Below are positions 1 through 9,284 of a DNA stretch of 64,000 bases, in pieces (the stretch's first letter is position 1; each line of letters opens with the position of its first letter). This stretch comes from a virus. The stretch is from positions 24,894-88,893 of IMG/VR virus record IMGVR_UViG_3300045988_101307; one strand, 5' to 3'. The translations under genes were made by a program, and so were the position numbers. Under the pieces are notes generated by a model. It had not been told where the DNA came from. It did not search any database and saw only the letters and a list, made by a program, of their open reading frames with translations.

Positions 1-1706
1 TGCCAGAGGAAGGGGCTGCCCGGGAGACTCAGCCGGTGCCATTAGCTCAGCCGGCTCCTGCGGCACAAGCTACGCAGTCTTTACCTGGCAAGAAGCGTAC
101 CTCCAGGAAAAACTTCTCTCTTATGTTAAACGAAATAGAATCTCATGTAGAAAAAGAAGGATTGCCGTCTTATGCTAATATTTTTGATTTTATAGCAAGG
201 AAGATTGTAGGAGGTGATTTGAGGTTTCTTCGTGAGAGAGGTAATCCTAAAAGCCTTAAGGAAGAAATGGGATTAGAACCTAAAGGAACAGTAGGTGATA
301 AAATATCCACTCCTTCCAGTAAAGGTGGTAAGACTTTAGAAGAATACGTTTCTTGGCTTCGTTCTCAAACAGATCAGGTGGTGGTTGATTATGTTGGGCC
401 AAGATCTGACGAACAAATTATATCAGAGTTGAAAAACTTTTTGAAATATATTAATTTTGTTCCGAGCAAGGCTTTGAATTATTCTCTTAGAGTCAATGGC
501 ATGGATACCCTAAAAGAATATGGCACAAAAGAGGAAGTAGAAAAAATGGAATCTGATATCAATAGTTTGGTTTCTAAAGTTTTGCCTACGGTGGATAATA
601 AAACTGTAGAAGATGTTTCTACTGCAATAAAATCAAACAACTTGCCTGCCATATGGGAGCCCGTGGAAAGCCTTGATATGACAAACGAGGAAAAAATAGA
701 GTTTTTGAATAACGTAGCAGATTTCCTTAGCGGCATACCAGAGTATGATGCTGTCGTGGAGTCTATAGAGTCAGAATCAGATAATATTTTAAATGATGGA
801 AAAGAAGGAAGTGCAGAAGGCGGTGCAGTACGCACTGAGGAAGATGGCAATAAAGAGAGTAATGGAAAAAGAGAAGGACAACCCGGAAGCGATGGAGAGA
901 CTAAAGGAGATGTCGAATTACCTGGATTTAAAGAAGGAAGGATAGATAATTACAATGAAAATGGGTATAAGTTCTCTAATCCGGAAGAGGTATTAGGCTG
1001 GTTGCTCTCTGAGATGTCCGGTGTCACGGAACTTATAGAAGGTGCAGAGGTTTATGGGGAAGGCAATGATGTTAATATTATCTTGGATCGTATGGAAGCA
1101 AGATACGGTATAGACACTATAGCTCATTCCAATACAACTAAAGCCATAAGGAGTTTAAATAAGGTGCGTGGTTATGATGTTGAATATGGATTAACTTTTA
1201 TGCACGAACCTTATATCCATATATCCAAACCTAAATCAGTATCAAACGAGCAACAGATATCCGAAGAAAGCCCGGTCCAGGTCCATAGAGTAACAGTCCA
1301 GTCTTTCTTGTATGGTGGCGACGCAGCTTACGAGGCGGTTCCAGCAAAGGTAGAACAGATACCTGATAAGATCATGGCTCGAAATGGAATCCGATTCGGA
1401 ATGGGTATGATTGATCTTACTAAGTTAGGATACAAGAAAGCCGGCGGAAATTGGGTATATAAGTTCTATATGAACACTGGTGTGTATGATTTGTATAATA
1501 TCAGTACCGGTGAAGCGTTTAGGGCAAAACCGGATCTTGGAGTTAAGATAAGTTCCAGTGCATTCATCCGCTCTTTATCTCAATCTGGTAGAAAAATACA
1601 AAATATGATGAGTAATATGAGCCAGGAAGAGATAGATAGGAATAAGAATCTCGTAGAAGGTTCTGATAATTCGGATTCGATAAATGAGTTAAATAAGGAG
1701 TGTTGA
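1..1706 (+). CDS. Hypothetical protein, probably 5'-truncated by the window edge. The frame is open from position 3 and the first in-window start is GTG at 36. Acidic, Lys/Glu-rich, possible virion protein.
   Basis: Long ORF in frame 0 open to the window start. 556 aa from the GTG at 36. No recognisable catalytic motifs. Confidence 0.5.
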   Translation, partial: PEEGAARETQPVPLAQPAPAAQATQSLPGKKRTSRKNFSLMLNEIESHVEKEGLPSYANIFDFIARKIVGGDLRFLRERGNPKSLKEEMGLEPKGTVGDKISTPSSKGGKTLEEYVSWLRSQTDQVVVDYVGPRSDEQIISELKNFLKYINFVPSKALNYSLRVNGMDTLKEYGTKEEVEKMESDINSLVSKVLPTVDNKTVEDVSTAIKSNNLPAIWEPVESLDMTNEEKIEFLNNVADFLSGIPEYDAVVESIESESDNILNDGKEGSAEGGAVRTEEDGNKESNGKREGQPGSDGETKGDVELPGFKEGRIDNYNENGYKFSNPEEVLGWLLSEMSGVTELIEGAEVYGEGNDVNIILDRMEARYGIDTIAHSNTTKAIRSLNKVRGYDVEYGLTFMHEPYIHISKPKSVSNEQQISEESPVQVHRVTVQSFLYGGDAAYEAVPAKVEQIPDKIMARNGIRFGMGMIDLTKLGYKKAGGNWVYKFYMNTGVYDLYNISTGEAFRAKPDLGVKISSSAFIRSLSQSGRKIQNMMSNMSQEEIDRNKNLVEGSDNSDSINELNKEC

Positions 1707-1708
1707 GT

Positions 1709-2287
1709 ATGAGAAGGAGATACGAAGATGTTTCAAATCTTGTTCAGTATCAGTTGAAGACCAATCAGCAGGGGAATATAGAGGTTTATGTTGATGACAG
1801 GTTTGTTGGAAACGTAAGTGAAGGAGTCTGTAATTGGAAGGATATTGAATACAAGAGTAAGGTTACTATATCTTTGAAAGGAGTCGAGGATAAGGCTAAA
1901 ACTTCAAGTAAAAGAGTCGGTCCTTATTGTCACATTTATAGCATATTTGGAGGAAATGAATCTTATCATGCAGGTCCGGATAGTAATATAAAAAAGAGTC
2001 CGGTTACCACCTTTATAATGTATTGTTATAAAAATGGGGATATTACAACTACCACTACTTATACTAAAAATTTATCTGGAACTCTTCAGATAGGTAAAAC
2101 ACAATTGACTATCAATTACAAACAAAGTAAAAGTCAGTCTTTCTCCGGTGGTTCTGGAGATTATGTAACATCCGTATCTGATTTCCCTTTTGTTACTGGT
2201 CCAGGAAATGATAGCGTTGAGTTCGAAGGAGAGGGAAGATTGATAGTTGAGACAGAGGCTTCGCATTATGAAATAGAAGTTTCATAA
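1709..2287 (+). CDS. Hypothetical protein (about 193 aa), beta-rich, possible structural protein.
   Basis: ATG at 1709 lies 9 nt after an AAGGAG Shine-Dalgarno (1694-1699). It immediately follows the upstream stop. The YVDD tetrapeptide here is judged coincidental because the protein is too small for a reverse transcriptase. Confidence 0.5.
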   Translation: MRRRYEDVSNLVQYQLKTNQQGNIEVYVDDRFVGNVSEGVCNWKDIEYKSKVTISLKGVEDKAKTSSKRVGPYCHIYSIFGGNESYHAGPDSNIKKSPVTTFIMYCYKNGDITTTTTYTKNLSGTLQIGKTQLTINYKQSKSQSFSGGSGDYVTSVSDFPFVTGPGNDSVEFEGEGRLIVETEASHYEIEVS

Positions 2288-2302
2288 TTTCTATTTTTAT
2301 AC

Positions 2303-2310
2303 TATCTTTG
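2303..2310 (+). promoter_or_regulatory. Bacteroidetes-type -7 promoter element TAnnTTTG (tatctttg).
   Basis: Exact TAnnTTTG match 19 nt upstream of the ATG at 2329. Confidence 0.45.
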
Positions 2311-2328
2311 TCTAAAATATTTATCACT

Positions 2329-4587
2329 ATGGGTGTCAAATGTCAGATAGAAAAAAAGGAAAATGAAATAAAACGGGTTAAGGCTCCTAACGGGGAGCCT
2401 TCCGTCCTTTACGAAAGTGCTTTAAAAGTATTAGGAAACAGCGAGCGGGCTCTTCAGGTATGGGCTAAGGCTTACACTCCTGGTTTTTTGTCGTATTACG
2501 GTCATTGGAACAACCCGGTTCCAGGGGAGATGTTTAATACCGATCCCAATGGCGAACCTCTTTTAGAAGACGTGCTGTCGTATATGAAGCGTCAGACTTA
2601 TTTTGCTGATCCTTTAACGGCTCAGGACATTAAGGATGTAAGGGATTTCCTTTTGTCTACTCATTATTTTTTCAATGCGTCTTCATTGTCTAATGCTATC
2701 CTCTTCGATTTTTATGTAGATGGCAGTTTGATACTGAATGAGCAGAAATTAAGGAGATCCGGTTTGTATGATGAAACAGAAATAAGTCGTATTTTATCCG
2801 ATCCTTCTGTTTTAAATGAAGTTTCGACTTCCATGAGAAAGTTAATAGATTGTTCTATTAACGAACATGATAGGGAAAAGGATAATTATTTTATGTCTGT
2901 TGACTATCAGTATGGTCCTATTGTTTACAAGAAGGGAGTGTTTAACCAATTTGGTAAAAAAGTACCATATAATCCTTCTGAGCTTTATTATGCTATGCGT
3001 AAAACAGTAGCCGGCATAAAAAACTTTTCTGAATTTTCATCTGCTTTTGAATCGTTGAGAAACTCATACCCTGAACTGGTTGAGAAATTCGTTTCTGATA
3101 AAGAATTTGCCGAATCTATGTTTGATGAGTTTTCATCTACGAATAAGATTCCGGTAATAAACATAGAAGGGGATGATATGGTAGAAGGCAAGAGAAGATC
3201 CTTGTCTAAGCTACAAGATCTGTCTTATTACAATCCTGGCAAAATAGAGTTCCTAAGAGCTCGTATATCAGCTTATTTACATAGGGTTAATGCCGACACC
3301 GAATCCGATTTAAGAAGCATGATATGGGATATAGAAGAGGCTTGTACGTGGTTTGGCATAGATATAATAGGGACATCGGAAACTTATGATGGCACAGAAG
3401 AATCTTTGAATAAGATAGATAATTTGATGCTGGATCTTGATATTTATGTGGCCAGGCATAATGATGTAAATTATGCTCCAACGCTGGCATCTTCTATAGA
3501 TGATGTTCTTGGTGATAGCACAGATTATTATTCTGAATTATTGCCGGAGTATATGGATAATTTGAATATCGTTTATTCTGAATCCAATATAGACCCAGTA
3601 GAAGCGTTTGAGAAACATTCATTGCTTAAGGTAGGAGATAATCTATATCAAAGGATCAGCAAAGATGATATTAACGAGATGTATCAAATATCAACAGTGT
3701 TAGCCAAGCACAACCTAACTCATTTTTCTACTAAAATATATCCTGAATCTTGTTTTAAGAACGGCGTTTTGGATAAAGAGAAAGTACGGAACGTAGATAA
3801 TAATACGCTCATGGCTTCCATTAAAAAATACGTCAGATCGTTCATGGATTCTCAGAACACGGAGGACATGATAATGACCAGGATGGCGTTTGGACACCCG
3901 GCGGTACTTGACGTTCCTTACGTGGATGTGGATCGGGAGTATAGTCGATACATGAACAAAAAACAAGATAGCGAAAACCCATTATCCTTATTCGATTTAT
4001 ACCAATCTTACCTTGACAACAAACTCCATAAAACAAAATTATATGATAATGCCTATAAGTATCTTGACTTCAAACCTGGTCCATCTTTGGGCCTTATTTC
4101 TGATGATCCTGATATTTTGAAATCAATAGAATTATCTTTATCTGGAAAAGACAGGTTGATGTTGTTTGATTATAGCATGACCAGTACCGACCCTTCTTTA
4201 TCAGAATTGTTTTATTTGGAGAAGTATGACCCTTCGTATGCCGGGAATGATTTTGAACACTATTTTTACACCAGGCACCCGTATTTGTTAAAAGAAAAAT
4301 CGGGCCCTAATATCGTAGAGCAAGATGGTGTTATAACAGCCGAAGGTATTTATGATAATTTTATAAGAGTAGGTAATAAGATATGGTCTAAAGTAAGCGA
4401 GAGTAGTTCCGGCTCTATCTACCAAAATCTGACAGGAACCGAATCAGAGGTGAAATACGATTCTACTCAGAAGGCTAAGACGGTAGAAACCGATTACGCT
4501 CCATACCAAAACAGATCTGGCTTGACGCAAGACATGACCGTAAGCAAGCCTGAATTGGATGATCTTAATAAATTGGAATGTAGGTAA
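2329..4587 (+). CDS. Hypothetical large protein (about 752 aa). No P-loop, so not a large terminase. Possible structural or portal-class protein.
   Basis: Long ORF. First ATG at 2329 follows the promoter motif. The track start at 2308 is a TTG. Confidence 0.55.
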   Translation: MGVKCQIEKKENEIKRVKAPNGEPSVLYESALKVLGNSERALQVWAKAYTPGFLSYYGHWNNPVPGEMFNTDPNGEPLLEDVLSYMKRQTYFADPLTAQDIKDVRDFLLSTHYFFNASSLSNAILFDFYVDGSLILNEQKLRRSGLYDETEISRILSDPSVLNEVSTSMRKLIDCSINEHDREKDNYFMSVDYQYGPIVYKKGVFNQFGKKVPYNPSELYYAMRKTVAGIKNFSEFSSAFESLRNSYPELVEKFVSDKEFAESMFDEFSSTNKIPVINIEGDDMVEGKRRSLSKLQDLSYYNPGKIEFLRARISAYLHRVNADTESDLRSMIWDIEEACTWFGIDIIGTSETYDGTEESLNKIDNLMLDLDIYVARHNDVNYAPTLASSIDDVLGDSTDYYSELLPEYMDNLNIVYSESNIDPVEAFEKHSLLKVGDNLYQRISKDDINEMYQISTVLAKHNLTHFSTKIYPESCFKNGVLDKEKVRNVDNNTLMASIKKYVRSFMDSQNTEDMIMTRMAFGHPAVLDVPYVDVDREYSRYMNKKQDSENPLSLFDLYQSYLDNKLHKTKLYDNAYKYLDFKPGPSLGLISDDPDILKSIELSLSGKDRLMLFDYSMTSTDPSLSELFYLEKYDPSYAGNDFEHYFYTRHPYLLKEKSGPNIVEQDGVITAEGIYDNFIRVGNKIWSKVSESSSGSIYQNLTGTESEVKYDSTQKAKTVETDYAPYQNRSGLTQDMTVSKPELDDLNKLECR

Positions 4588-4631
4588 TTTTTGTGTACAT
4601 ATATATAGTTTTTTCATAGTTATAATTTGGG

Positions 4632-4660
4632 AAGTGAGGCTTGTGAAAGTCTCACTTTTC
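4632..4660 (+). terminator. Rho-independent terminator hairpin (aagtgag/ctcactt stem plus T-run).
   Basis: 7-bp perfect inverted repeat with a 12-nt loop followed by TTTTC, 45 nt after the stop at 4587. Confidence 0.5.
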
Positions 4661-4810
4661 TCATATATGCACGTATATCAATAACATACAAGAAAAGTTA
4701 GATTTTCATTGTTTATGAATTATTTTTATTAAGTTTGCAATATTAGTTTCAGGAAGGGATTATAGAAATAGGAAAAAGTAAGAACCGGACGTAACTAATA
4801 ACAGTAGGAA

Positions 4811-5044
4811 ATGAGAATCAGTACCATCAAACGTAACAACAGCATTCATCTTATGTATAAAAACATTATGAATGATTTAGGTCAATTAAGAACTGTAGTT
4901 TCAAAATCCTATATTTATAATCTGATACAAAATCAAACCGGATTAAGTATCAGAACTATATCCCATGTCTTGAATCACACAAAAGAACAGGATACAGATT
5001 CTTTGTTAAAACCATACATTTTCATACATTTGTGTGTTCTTTAG
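4811..5044 (+). CDS. Small hypothetical ORF (77 aa) in an AT-rich intergenic stretch. Doubtful.
   Basis: ORF only. A hairpin plus T-run follows at about 5090-5125. Confidence 0.15.
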   Translation: MRISTIKRNNSIHLMYKNIMNDLGQLRTVVSKSYIYNLIQNQTGLSIRTISHVLNHTKEQDTDSLLKPYIFIHLCVL

Positions 5045-5295
5045 TTTTTAGATTTAAGTTTTTCATGGTATTAGTTTAGATTAGTGTAGATCAGGGTTCG
5101 CAGTGATGCGGGCCCTGGTTTGTTTTAAAAAGTATTAAAATATTTGTTATTTAAAATCCTGTTCCTATCTTTGTTCCAGAAACAATGAACAACGAGATCC
5201 CACCTCTGGTTGTTTGATGTTGAAAGATATTTTTGGCTCATTAGGGTTTGTCATAGTGGGATCTGACATTCTCTTTTGGGCCTATTTTTTTTATT

Positions 5296-5949
5296 ATGGA
5301 TAATACTTGTATTCCTTTTGTGTTAATAAACGACAGAAAAATGATTGACGCAAAACATGTTCATAAATTGTTAGAATGTAAGTATGATTTTAAACATTGG
5401 ATTAAGGATGTAATATCATCTTTTAATTTTAAGGATGGAATAGATTATATATCATATAGATATGATAATAATGGAGAACAAATAATAGATAATAATAGTC
5501 ATGTATTTAGGCATGACTATTATTTATTCCCCAAATCGATTCTGTGTATCATCTATATGAAGTGTGATAGATCTTTATTTAAAGATTTTATTTATGATAT
5601 ATTTGATTGTTGTAATATTAAAAATGACGATCGGGTATTAGATATAATACATAGATCTATCGATAGGTATAATGAAAAATGTATAAAATATTTTACATAT
5701 ATAATAAGAAATAATAATAATGGTTTTTATAAAATAGGTAAAAGCTCTGATGTAAAAAGAAGGCTATCTGGGTTGTCTATTGTAGAAGATAACTTAACAT
5801 TAATAGCTTATGTGAATAAAGATATAGAGAGCGAGCTTCATGCAAGATTTGATATCAAAGGGATATACAGAGAATGGTTCAACTTATCAGATTGCGATTT
5901 GAATGATATAATTGATAAATATAAATTCAAGTTGTGTGACATGGCTTGA
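5296..5949 (+). CDS. T5orf172 (GIY-YIG-like) domain protein with a Bro-N/KilA-N-like N-terminal region. This is the phage antirepressor / DNA-binding class.
   Basis: C-terminal segment GFYKIGKSSDVKRRLSGL ... ELHARF ... REWFNLSD matches the T5orf172 signature (YKIGxT...RRL...ELH..F...EWF). N-terminus IPFVLINDRKMIDAKHVHKLL resembles Bro-N. Confidence 0.55.
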   Translation: MDNTCIPFVLINDRKMIDAKHVHKLLECKYDFKHWIKDVISSFNFKDGIDYISYRYDNNGEQIIDNNSHVFRHDYYLFPKSILCIIYMKCDRSLFKDFIYDIFDCCNIKNDDRVLDIIHRSIDRYNEKCIKYFTYIIRNNNNGFYKIGKSSDVKRRLSGLSIVEDNLTLIAYVNKDIESELHARFDIKGIYREWFNLSDCDLNDIIDKYKFKLCDMA

Positions 5950-5973
5950 ATTTTATTACAATAAAAAGTGATT

Positions 5974-6018
5974 AAGAGATGAGTCTATGGTGATATTTAC
6001 TCATCTCTTCTTATTTTT
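5974..6018 (+). terminator. Rho-independent terminator (11-bp stem aagagatgagt/actcatctctt plus T-run).
   Basis: Perfect 11-bp inverted repeat with a 14-nt loop followed by cttattttt, just after the stop at 5949. Confidence 0.65.
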
Positions 6019-6074
6019 CTGAAAATACTTCTCTTCTATAGGAAATAAACACACCCATATTCCACCCTGCAATC

Positions 6075-7139
6075 ATGATCTTTGTTACGTGCTTCATGCA
6101 CATATGTTTAACAATTAAATACTATAAAATTATGGGTGGTGATAAAATCGTCCTTTTAGATGGAGCCGGGGCTAACGGTGGTGGTGCAGCCACTAACGGT
6201 CTTCTTTCAATGATTCCCGGCATGTTTGCTAATTTGATAGGTGGTAATAAAATGGATCCGAATCTGGTGGCGGCTTTGATGAACGGTCGTAACAACCAGG
6301 ACGGTTTCGGTGGGGCTAACGGTTGGTGGCTCTGGATAATTGTTTTGTTCTGGCTGTGGGGTGGACGCGGCTTCGGTAACGGTTTTGGAAATGGCGGTGA
6401 TTGTTGCGCCAATGGTTTGCCGGCTCAGTTGAATAACGATTACGGTCGTGAACTTTTGATGCAGGCAATTCAAGGTAATCGTAGCGCCATAGATCAGATT
6501 GCTTCTGCTTTGAACTGTTCTACTACTCAACTTCAGAACGCTATCTGCAACGTACAGGGTGCTATTGATAAAGTAGCTGGTCAGGTAGGTATGACTTCTC
6601 AGGCTGTTATCAACGCAGTTCAACAACAAGGTTGTGAAATAGGAAATCAAATCAGCTCTTGCTGCTGCAATCTGAGTTCGTTGATCAATCAAAGCACTTG
6701 CCAGACTCAGGGAATGATTACTCAGCAAGGTTTTGATAACCAGCTTCGCACGTTGGAACAAACCAATATCTTGCAGAACGGTCTCAACCAAGGTCTGGCT
6801 AACAATCGTGAGCAAGCTACAAGCCAATTCAATATCTTGTCTGCGAAACTTGACGCCCAAACCGTTATGATCAACGACAAATTCTGTCAGTTGGAAATGA
6901 GGGAGATGCAGAACACTATTGCTCAACTTCGTGAAGAAAAAGCGGCTTTGACAGCTTCGGCATTATCTCAGCAACAAACCCAGAATATCGTTGGTCAATT
7001 ACGCCCGACGGCCGTCCCGGCCTACCCCTCTTGTTCTCCTTACCAGGCTTATACTTGGGGACAGGTATTCGGAGGAGGTTGCTGCAATAACGGATGTGGA
7101 TGTAACAACGGATGTTGCAATAACAACGCTGCTGTCTGA
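6075..7139 (+). CDS. Low-complexity Gly/Gln/Asn/Cys-rich protein with one Trp/Leu-rich transmembrane helix. The C-terminus carries CCNNGCGCNNGCCNNN repeats. The start may instead be the ATG at 6132.
   Basis: ORF of 354 aa. Gly-rich N-terminus, hydrophobic WWLWIIVLFWLWGG segment, Q/N-rich predicted coiled coil, Cys-Gly-Asn tail. The antisense ORFs inside it are composition artifacts. Confidence 0.5.
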   Translation: MIFVTCFMHICLTIKYYKIMGGDKIVLLDGAGANGGGAATNGLLSMIPGMFANLIGGNKMDPNLVAALMNGRNNQDGFGGANGWWLWIIVLFWLWGGRGFGNGFGNGGDCCANGLPAQLNNDYGRELLMQAIQGNRSAIDQIASALNCSTTQLQNAICNVQGAIDKVAGQVGMTSQAVINAVQQQGCEIGNQISSCCCNLSSLINQSTCQTQGMITQQGFDNQLRTLEQTNILQNGLNQGLANNREQATSQFNILSAKLDAQTVMINDKFCQLEMREMQNTIAQLREEKAALTASALSQQQTQNIVGQLRPTAVPAYPSCSPYQAYTWGQVFGGGCCNNGCGCNNGCCNNNAAV

Positions 7140-7162
7140 TTTTATTAAGAGAGGAGGCTAAT

Positions 7163-7576
7163 ATGGCTTGTGTTTCTAAAATAGGATCGTTGTATGAGAT
7201 GGTTACGAAGAATGTTATTGTCAGTACGACAAATACAGTCTTCGGTATTAACCCACGGGCTTGGATCGCCCTTCCGTGTGAGGGTCTTATCCTTCTTAAA
7301 ATAAGGCAAGTAGTCCCCACAGCCGGAAGTGCTCTACCGGTACAGATTGCGGTCCCGGCAAACAGCACAGTTTCAACAGTAGGATCCGACACCTGTTGCT
7401 CGGTTACGGGAGTGAATGTCGTGAACCCTATTAACGTAGCTGTCACGGGTGCTGCTATGGTAAATGGCACAGAACGCCTTCTGTACTTCAATAAAGTTCG
7501 TGGCGTGTTAAGATTAATGGATTGCTGTGTTCCAGTAGCGGCAGCCCAGGCGTCTGAAGTTAAAGCAGGTAAATGA
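7163..7576 (+). CDS. Hypothetical protein (137 aa), Val/Thr-rich, several Cys pairs.
   Basis: ATG preceded by a strong GAGAGGAGG RBS. A terminator follows directly. Confidence 0.45.
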   Translation: MACVSKIGSLYEMVTKNVIVSTTNTVFGINPRAWIALPCEGLILLKIRQVVPTAGSALPVQIAVPANSTVSTVGSDTCCSVTGVNVVNPINVAVTGAAMVNGTERLLYFNKVRGVLRLMDCCVPVAAAQASEVKAGK

Positions 7577-7583
7577 TTTCAGT

Positions 7584-7611
7584 AGGGTGATGAAGATCAT
7601 CACCCTATTTT
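7584..7611 (+). terminator. Rho-independent terminator (agggtgatga / tcatcaccct, 3-nt loop, then ATTTT).
   Basis: Perfect 10-bp inverted repeat 8 nt after the stop at 7576, followed by a T-run. Confidence 0.7.
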
Positions 7612-7632
7612 CACCTAACTAATATTTTGATC

Positions 7633-8121
7633 ATGTTTTCAGATTTGAAGAAAGGGTTTCAGGTACATACCCTTGATACTAATACAGTACCTAAATACGA
7701 ATTGGGAAAGGTAGTAGCCGTATCCGAACCCAGGTATCTTCCTCCTCAGCCAGGTCAGTATCAGGCGATGCAGACCCGCGTGGTGGATCTGACGGTAGAG
7801 CTCACTGGCGAAACCAAGACCTATACGGTCCCGGAATCCCAGAATGTGGCTAAGGCTATGGGCATAACATTATCTACCAGCATAGATCCGATTATGAACG
7901 AACTGAATGCTATAAAAAACACCAGTCAAGACATAATAAACAGCGTAGATGCCCATCGTGCCAAGATAGAGGCTTGTGAATCTATATTAGAGGACATCAA
8001 TCCGGCATTCAAACAAACGAGAGAGCAGGATCGTAAAATAGCTGGTATAGAAAATAAGGTGAATGACCTTACTGATTCATTCGAAGATTTAAAGAAGTTA
8101 ATTGTAGAACGTTTGAAATAA
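7633..8121 (+). CDS. Hypothetical protein with a C-terminal coiled coil.
   Basis: ORF. First ATG at 7633; the track start at 7627 is a TTG. Confidence 0.45.
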   Translation: MFSDLKKGFQVHTLDTNTVPKYELGKVVAVSEPRYLPPQPGQYQAMQTRVVDLTVELTGETKTYTVPESQNVAKAMGITLSTSIDPIMNELNAIKNTSQDIINSVDAHRAKIEACESILEDINPAFKQTREQDRKIAGIENKVNDLTDSFEDLKKLIVERLK

Positions 8122-8128
8122 GTATAAT

Positions 8129-8497
8129 ATGATAGTATATGATTTAAATTCAGGACACAGAGAATATCCTGGATATGACGAGATAGAAGACAGACGAGGT
8201 GGAGGCAGAGGCAGAAGCCGGCGTTCTGATGGGACGTACATGGGGTACGGTGGTGGTATTTACGACCATTACGGTATGCATGAGAAGATGAAGGAAATGG
8301 AAGAGCGAGAAAACGAGCTGGAAGAAAGGGAAAGAAGGCTTGAAGAGCGCGAACGTCGTCATGAAATGGAGGACCGGGAATACCGGAGGATGGGTTACGA
8401 ATCCTACCCGACCGATTACTATGGAGACGACAGATACTACGGTGACGGACCTCAGATGCGTAGAGGTCGCGGACGTGGCAGAGGTCGTTCTTATTGA
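8129..8497 (+). CDS. RG/RGG-repeat, highly charged protein (ERERR repeats flanked by RGRGRGRG). Putative nucleic-acid-binding or internal virion protein.
   Basis: ATG 8 nt after the upstream stop. The 122-aa sequence is dominated by R, G, E and Y. The antisense ORF 8150-8701 is judged an artifact. Confidence 0.45.
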   Translation: MIVYDLNSGHREYPGYDEIEDRRGGGRGRSRRSDGTYMGYGGGIYDHYGMHEKMKEMEERENELEERERRLEERERRHEMEDREYRRMGYESYPTDYYGDDRYYGDGPQMRRGRGRGRGRSY

Positions 8498-8590
8498 GGA
8501 GCAGACGCAGAGGATCCAGCTTATCAGAAATATGTAGATACTTACGGCTACCATTTTTCTAATGCTCTCGCTGATGAGGCGGTAAAGAAG

Positions 8591-8884
8591 ATGGTCAACG
8601 TCGATGGATCCAAGAGGATCTGGAAGCAGCCGGAAATAAAAGATATTTTTGAAAAGTGCGGAGCGAAGAAGCCGGATAAAGCGACATGGGGCGATGTCCA
8701 ATATGTCTTTGCAATGTACTATTCGGATGGTTTTCCGAAGGTCTTCAAATGTGAGAACGAGTTGGTGAAAGCTACGTTAATGTATTTGGATGATCCGGAT
8801 GCTCCCGAAGGAGTAGCCTTTATAAGATGGCTTGCCGTGCAAGATTACCTCGGCGAAAAAATAAACTGGAAAGATCTGACCTGA
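8591..8884 (+). CDS. Hypothetical protein (97 aa).
   Basis: ORF in the same frame as the preceding gene, separated from it by a single TGA and 30 open codons. Confidence 0.4.
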   Translation: MVNVDGSKRIWKQPEIKDIFEKCGAKKPDKATWGDVQYVFAMYYSDGFPKVFKCENELVKATLMYLDDPDAPEGVAFIRWLAVQDYLGEKINWKDLT

Positions 8885-9049
8885 GATCCAGACCCAGGTC
8901 CTTCCGGTGGTGCGGGAGCCATAGTAAAAAATATGATTCCCGCATTCCCGTTTTTCCCGTTTGGAAAAAAAAGGAATAAAAATATTATACCGGTCGGCGG
9001 GCAATAGAATACCCGTGGCCGGTTTGTTTCACATAACTTTTTTTTGGAC

Positions 9050-9226
9050 ATGAATATAGCACACGAATCTAAATCGAATAAAACCCCCTTGTATTTAATA
9101 GGAGAGTTGATTGGCGTACCGAATACGGTTATGGACTCAGCATTGCATGAACTGAAAGATAGAATAGACAAAGACCCTAAATATAAAGATGTTAAAAATT
9201 GGCTCGAATCTTTACCCAAGATCTGA
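9050..9226 (+). CDS. Small hypothetical protein (58 aa).
   Basis: ATG at 9050 preceded by a T8 run. A terminator follows. Confidence 0.3.
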   Translation: MNIAHESKSNKTPLYLIGELIGVPNTVMDSALHELKDRIDKDPKYKDVKNWLESLPKI

Positions 9227-9249
9227 ACCTATTTTTTTTCAATACCGGG

Positions 9250-9284
9250 CCCGATGCGATTTTAACGTATCGGGTTTTTATTTT
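9250..9284 (+). terminator. Rho-independent terminator (cccgat...atcggg stem plus TTTTTATTTT).
   Basis: 6-bp stem with a 13-nt loop followed by a T-run, 24 nt after the stop at 9226. Confidence 0.5.

Noticed and set aside
1700-2287. YVDD tetrapeptide suggested a reverse transcriptase, which would make a DGR.
   Set aside because: The protein is only ~193 aa with no other RT motifs. No RT-sized ORF with YxDD was found anywhere in the window.
6122-7491. Minus-strand ORFs 6122-6412, 6207-6926 and 6916-7491 overlapping the Gly/Gln/Cys-rich gene and the next gene.
   Set aside because: They are antisense to plus-strand genes that have RBS, promoter and terminator context. The translations are low-complexity. 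All neighbouring genes are plus-strand.
8150-8701. Minus-strand 183-aa ORF antisense to the RG-repeat gene.
   Set aside because: It is an antisense artifact of the purine-rich repeat. The plus-strand ORF fits the operon spacing (8 nt after the upstream stop).
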